Part shown: positions 62,848 to 64,000 of the stretch, piece by piece
Layout: every line of letters starts with the position of its first letter
Numbering within the stretch: the first letter of the stretch is position 1
Origin: Mobula hypostoma
Taxonomy: Eukaryota
Direction of reading: 5' to 3'
Assembly: GCF_963921235.1 (NCBI RefSeq)
Contig: NC_086109.1
Location: forward strand, 22,074,001-22,138,000
DNA: 64,000 nt
Program-made: the position numbers and the translations under genes
The notes under the pieces: generated by a model
Seen by the model: the letters and a program-made list of their open reading frames with translations, nothing else
What the model was told of the DNA's origin: nothing
The model's database searches: none

Positions 62848-63830
62848 ATGAAGATCAAAATCATCTGTATACTTTTGCATCCGAAAGGCATGGCATTGCT
62901 TAATACTGCAGTGGGATCGTCTGCTTGGTTTAGAAGCTAAATGTCCTACAGTTGGTACATATTTTTCAATGAAGATAGAAAACAAATTTTGATAAATTTT
63001 CTATAAACATAATTGTAACCATTCAGAATATCACTGAATGCAATCTGGGCGTTTCTCCTTTGTTTCATTTTATTTGTTGTATGATGCCTTTTCTTTAACA
63101 GTTTCTCTGTTTCAGGATGCCAATTCTCCTCCCACTTCTTAAAAAAAACTTGCTGCATGATTGTGGTATGGATAAATCTCAAGGGTCGAGCTCTGTCATT
63201 GATTGCTCATCCAGGGAGTGCTGATTCAGTATTCATGGTACTGAAGCATCTCTGATGCTCAGCTCAGAGTTAATTAAGCTGTGGGTGACCTGAGAGACTG
63301 CTGGTGCAAATAAACCTTCCTTCTCCATTTTATTTGAAGTCTGATTCAGATCAGTTTATTATCACATGCACGAGTGCAATGAAATTCCTTGCTTGCCACT
63401 AACACACACTCTTGCACCTTTCCTTGCAAACCCCTCCCCTCCAACAAAAGGCTGTTTCATTTGTAGGAGCAATGGATCCGTAGCAGAATGTGGGGTACTG
63501 GAAAATATTTACATCCTGCTGTTTCAGTCAGTGGTAGTTCCGTCTGGTATTTTTACAAATAGAGCAATCAGATTTTTTTCTCAGAAGTAAAAGGTTCTAT
63601 GGCGTTCTGCAGAATTGATTTGATAATGTTACGTAAGGACATATAGAAAAATGTCCAAAAGCTTATTTAAAGAGCTATTGTGAAGGAGGTTGGAGAGTTT
63701 CAGGAAGGGAATTAGTGAGCCCTGCATCTTGGGCTGTTGAAAGGAAAGGCAAATGTGTACAGCTGCTCAGAACTGGATGAGCAGTGATTTCCTGCAGGTA
63801 TGCAAGATTAAGGAGTTTAACAAGATAACA

Positions 63831-64000
63831 TGTCTTGTAACTCCAAAATATGAAAACAAATTAAAAGGAAAACCAGAACCAGCTGATAACTCATGTATGT
63901 TGCTTTTATACTTTAAGTGAGGTGTGCATGGTGGCATAATGATGTATGCTGTTTACATATTTTTACATACATAACCTGTAATGCTTAAACATATTTACAA
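63831..64000. mobile_element. Possible LTR fragment running off the window
   Basis: TG-initiated AT-rich segment (TGTCTTGTAACTCCAAAA...) resembling a Gypsy LTR. The other end and TSD are not visible. Confidence 0.3.

Noticed and set aside
37695..64000. MAGI3 constitutive exon 2 (expected ..INKDLRHYL..FQKGS.DH.LQ..IRDNLYLRT.P)
   Set aside because: No such peptide was found in the ORF track or by eye; it probably lies beyond the window, though a short exon could have been missed.

Overview
Eukaryotic (vertebrate) genomic DNA. The repeat landscape points to a cartilaginous fish, probably a ray; this is inferred from the CR1, Penelope, V-SINE and DeuSINE mix. The only host gene I can support is the 5' end of MAGI3: a CpG-island promoter and coding exon 1 (37424-37694, + strand), followed by a long intron 1 that runs off the window. 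Most of the remainder is nested transposable-element debris: CR1, Rex1/Babar-like, L1, RTE and R4/Dong LINEs, Penelope-like elements (PLEs), tRNA-derived and Deu SINEs, hAT and Tc1 DNA elements, and solo LTRs. Most ORFs in the track are TE fragments or spurious. Main observations: (1) about 13 dispersed copies of a minimal hammerhead-ribozyme motif in PLE ends, many of which begin at the ribozyme and several of which form fold-backs; (2) a candidate 39-nt in-frame cassette exon in MAGI3 intron 1; (3) an old ~360-bp inverted duplication of apparently unique DNA; (4) Tc1 derivatives with three TIRs. I cannot support a wholly new biological system. All family names were recognised by eye and many repeat boundaries are approximate.
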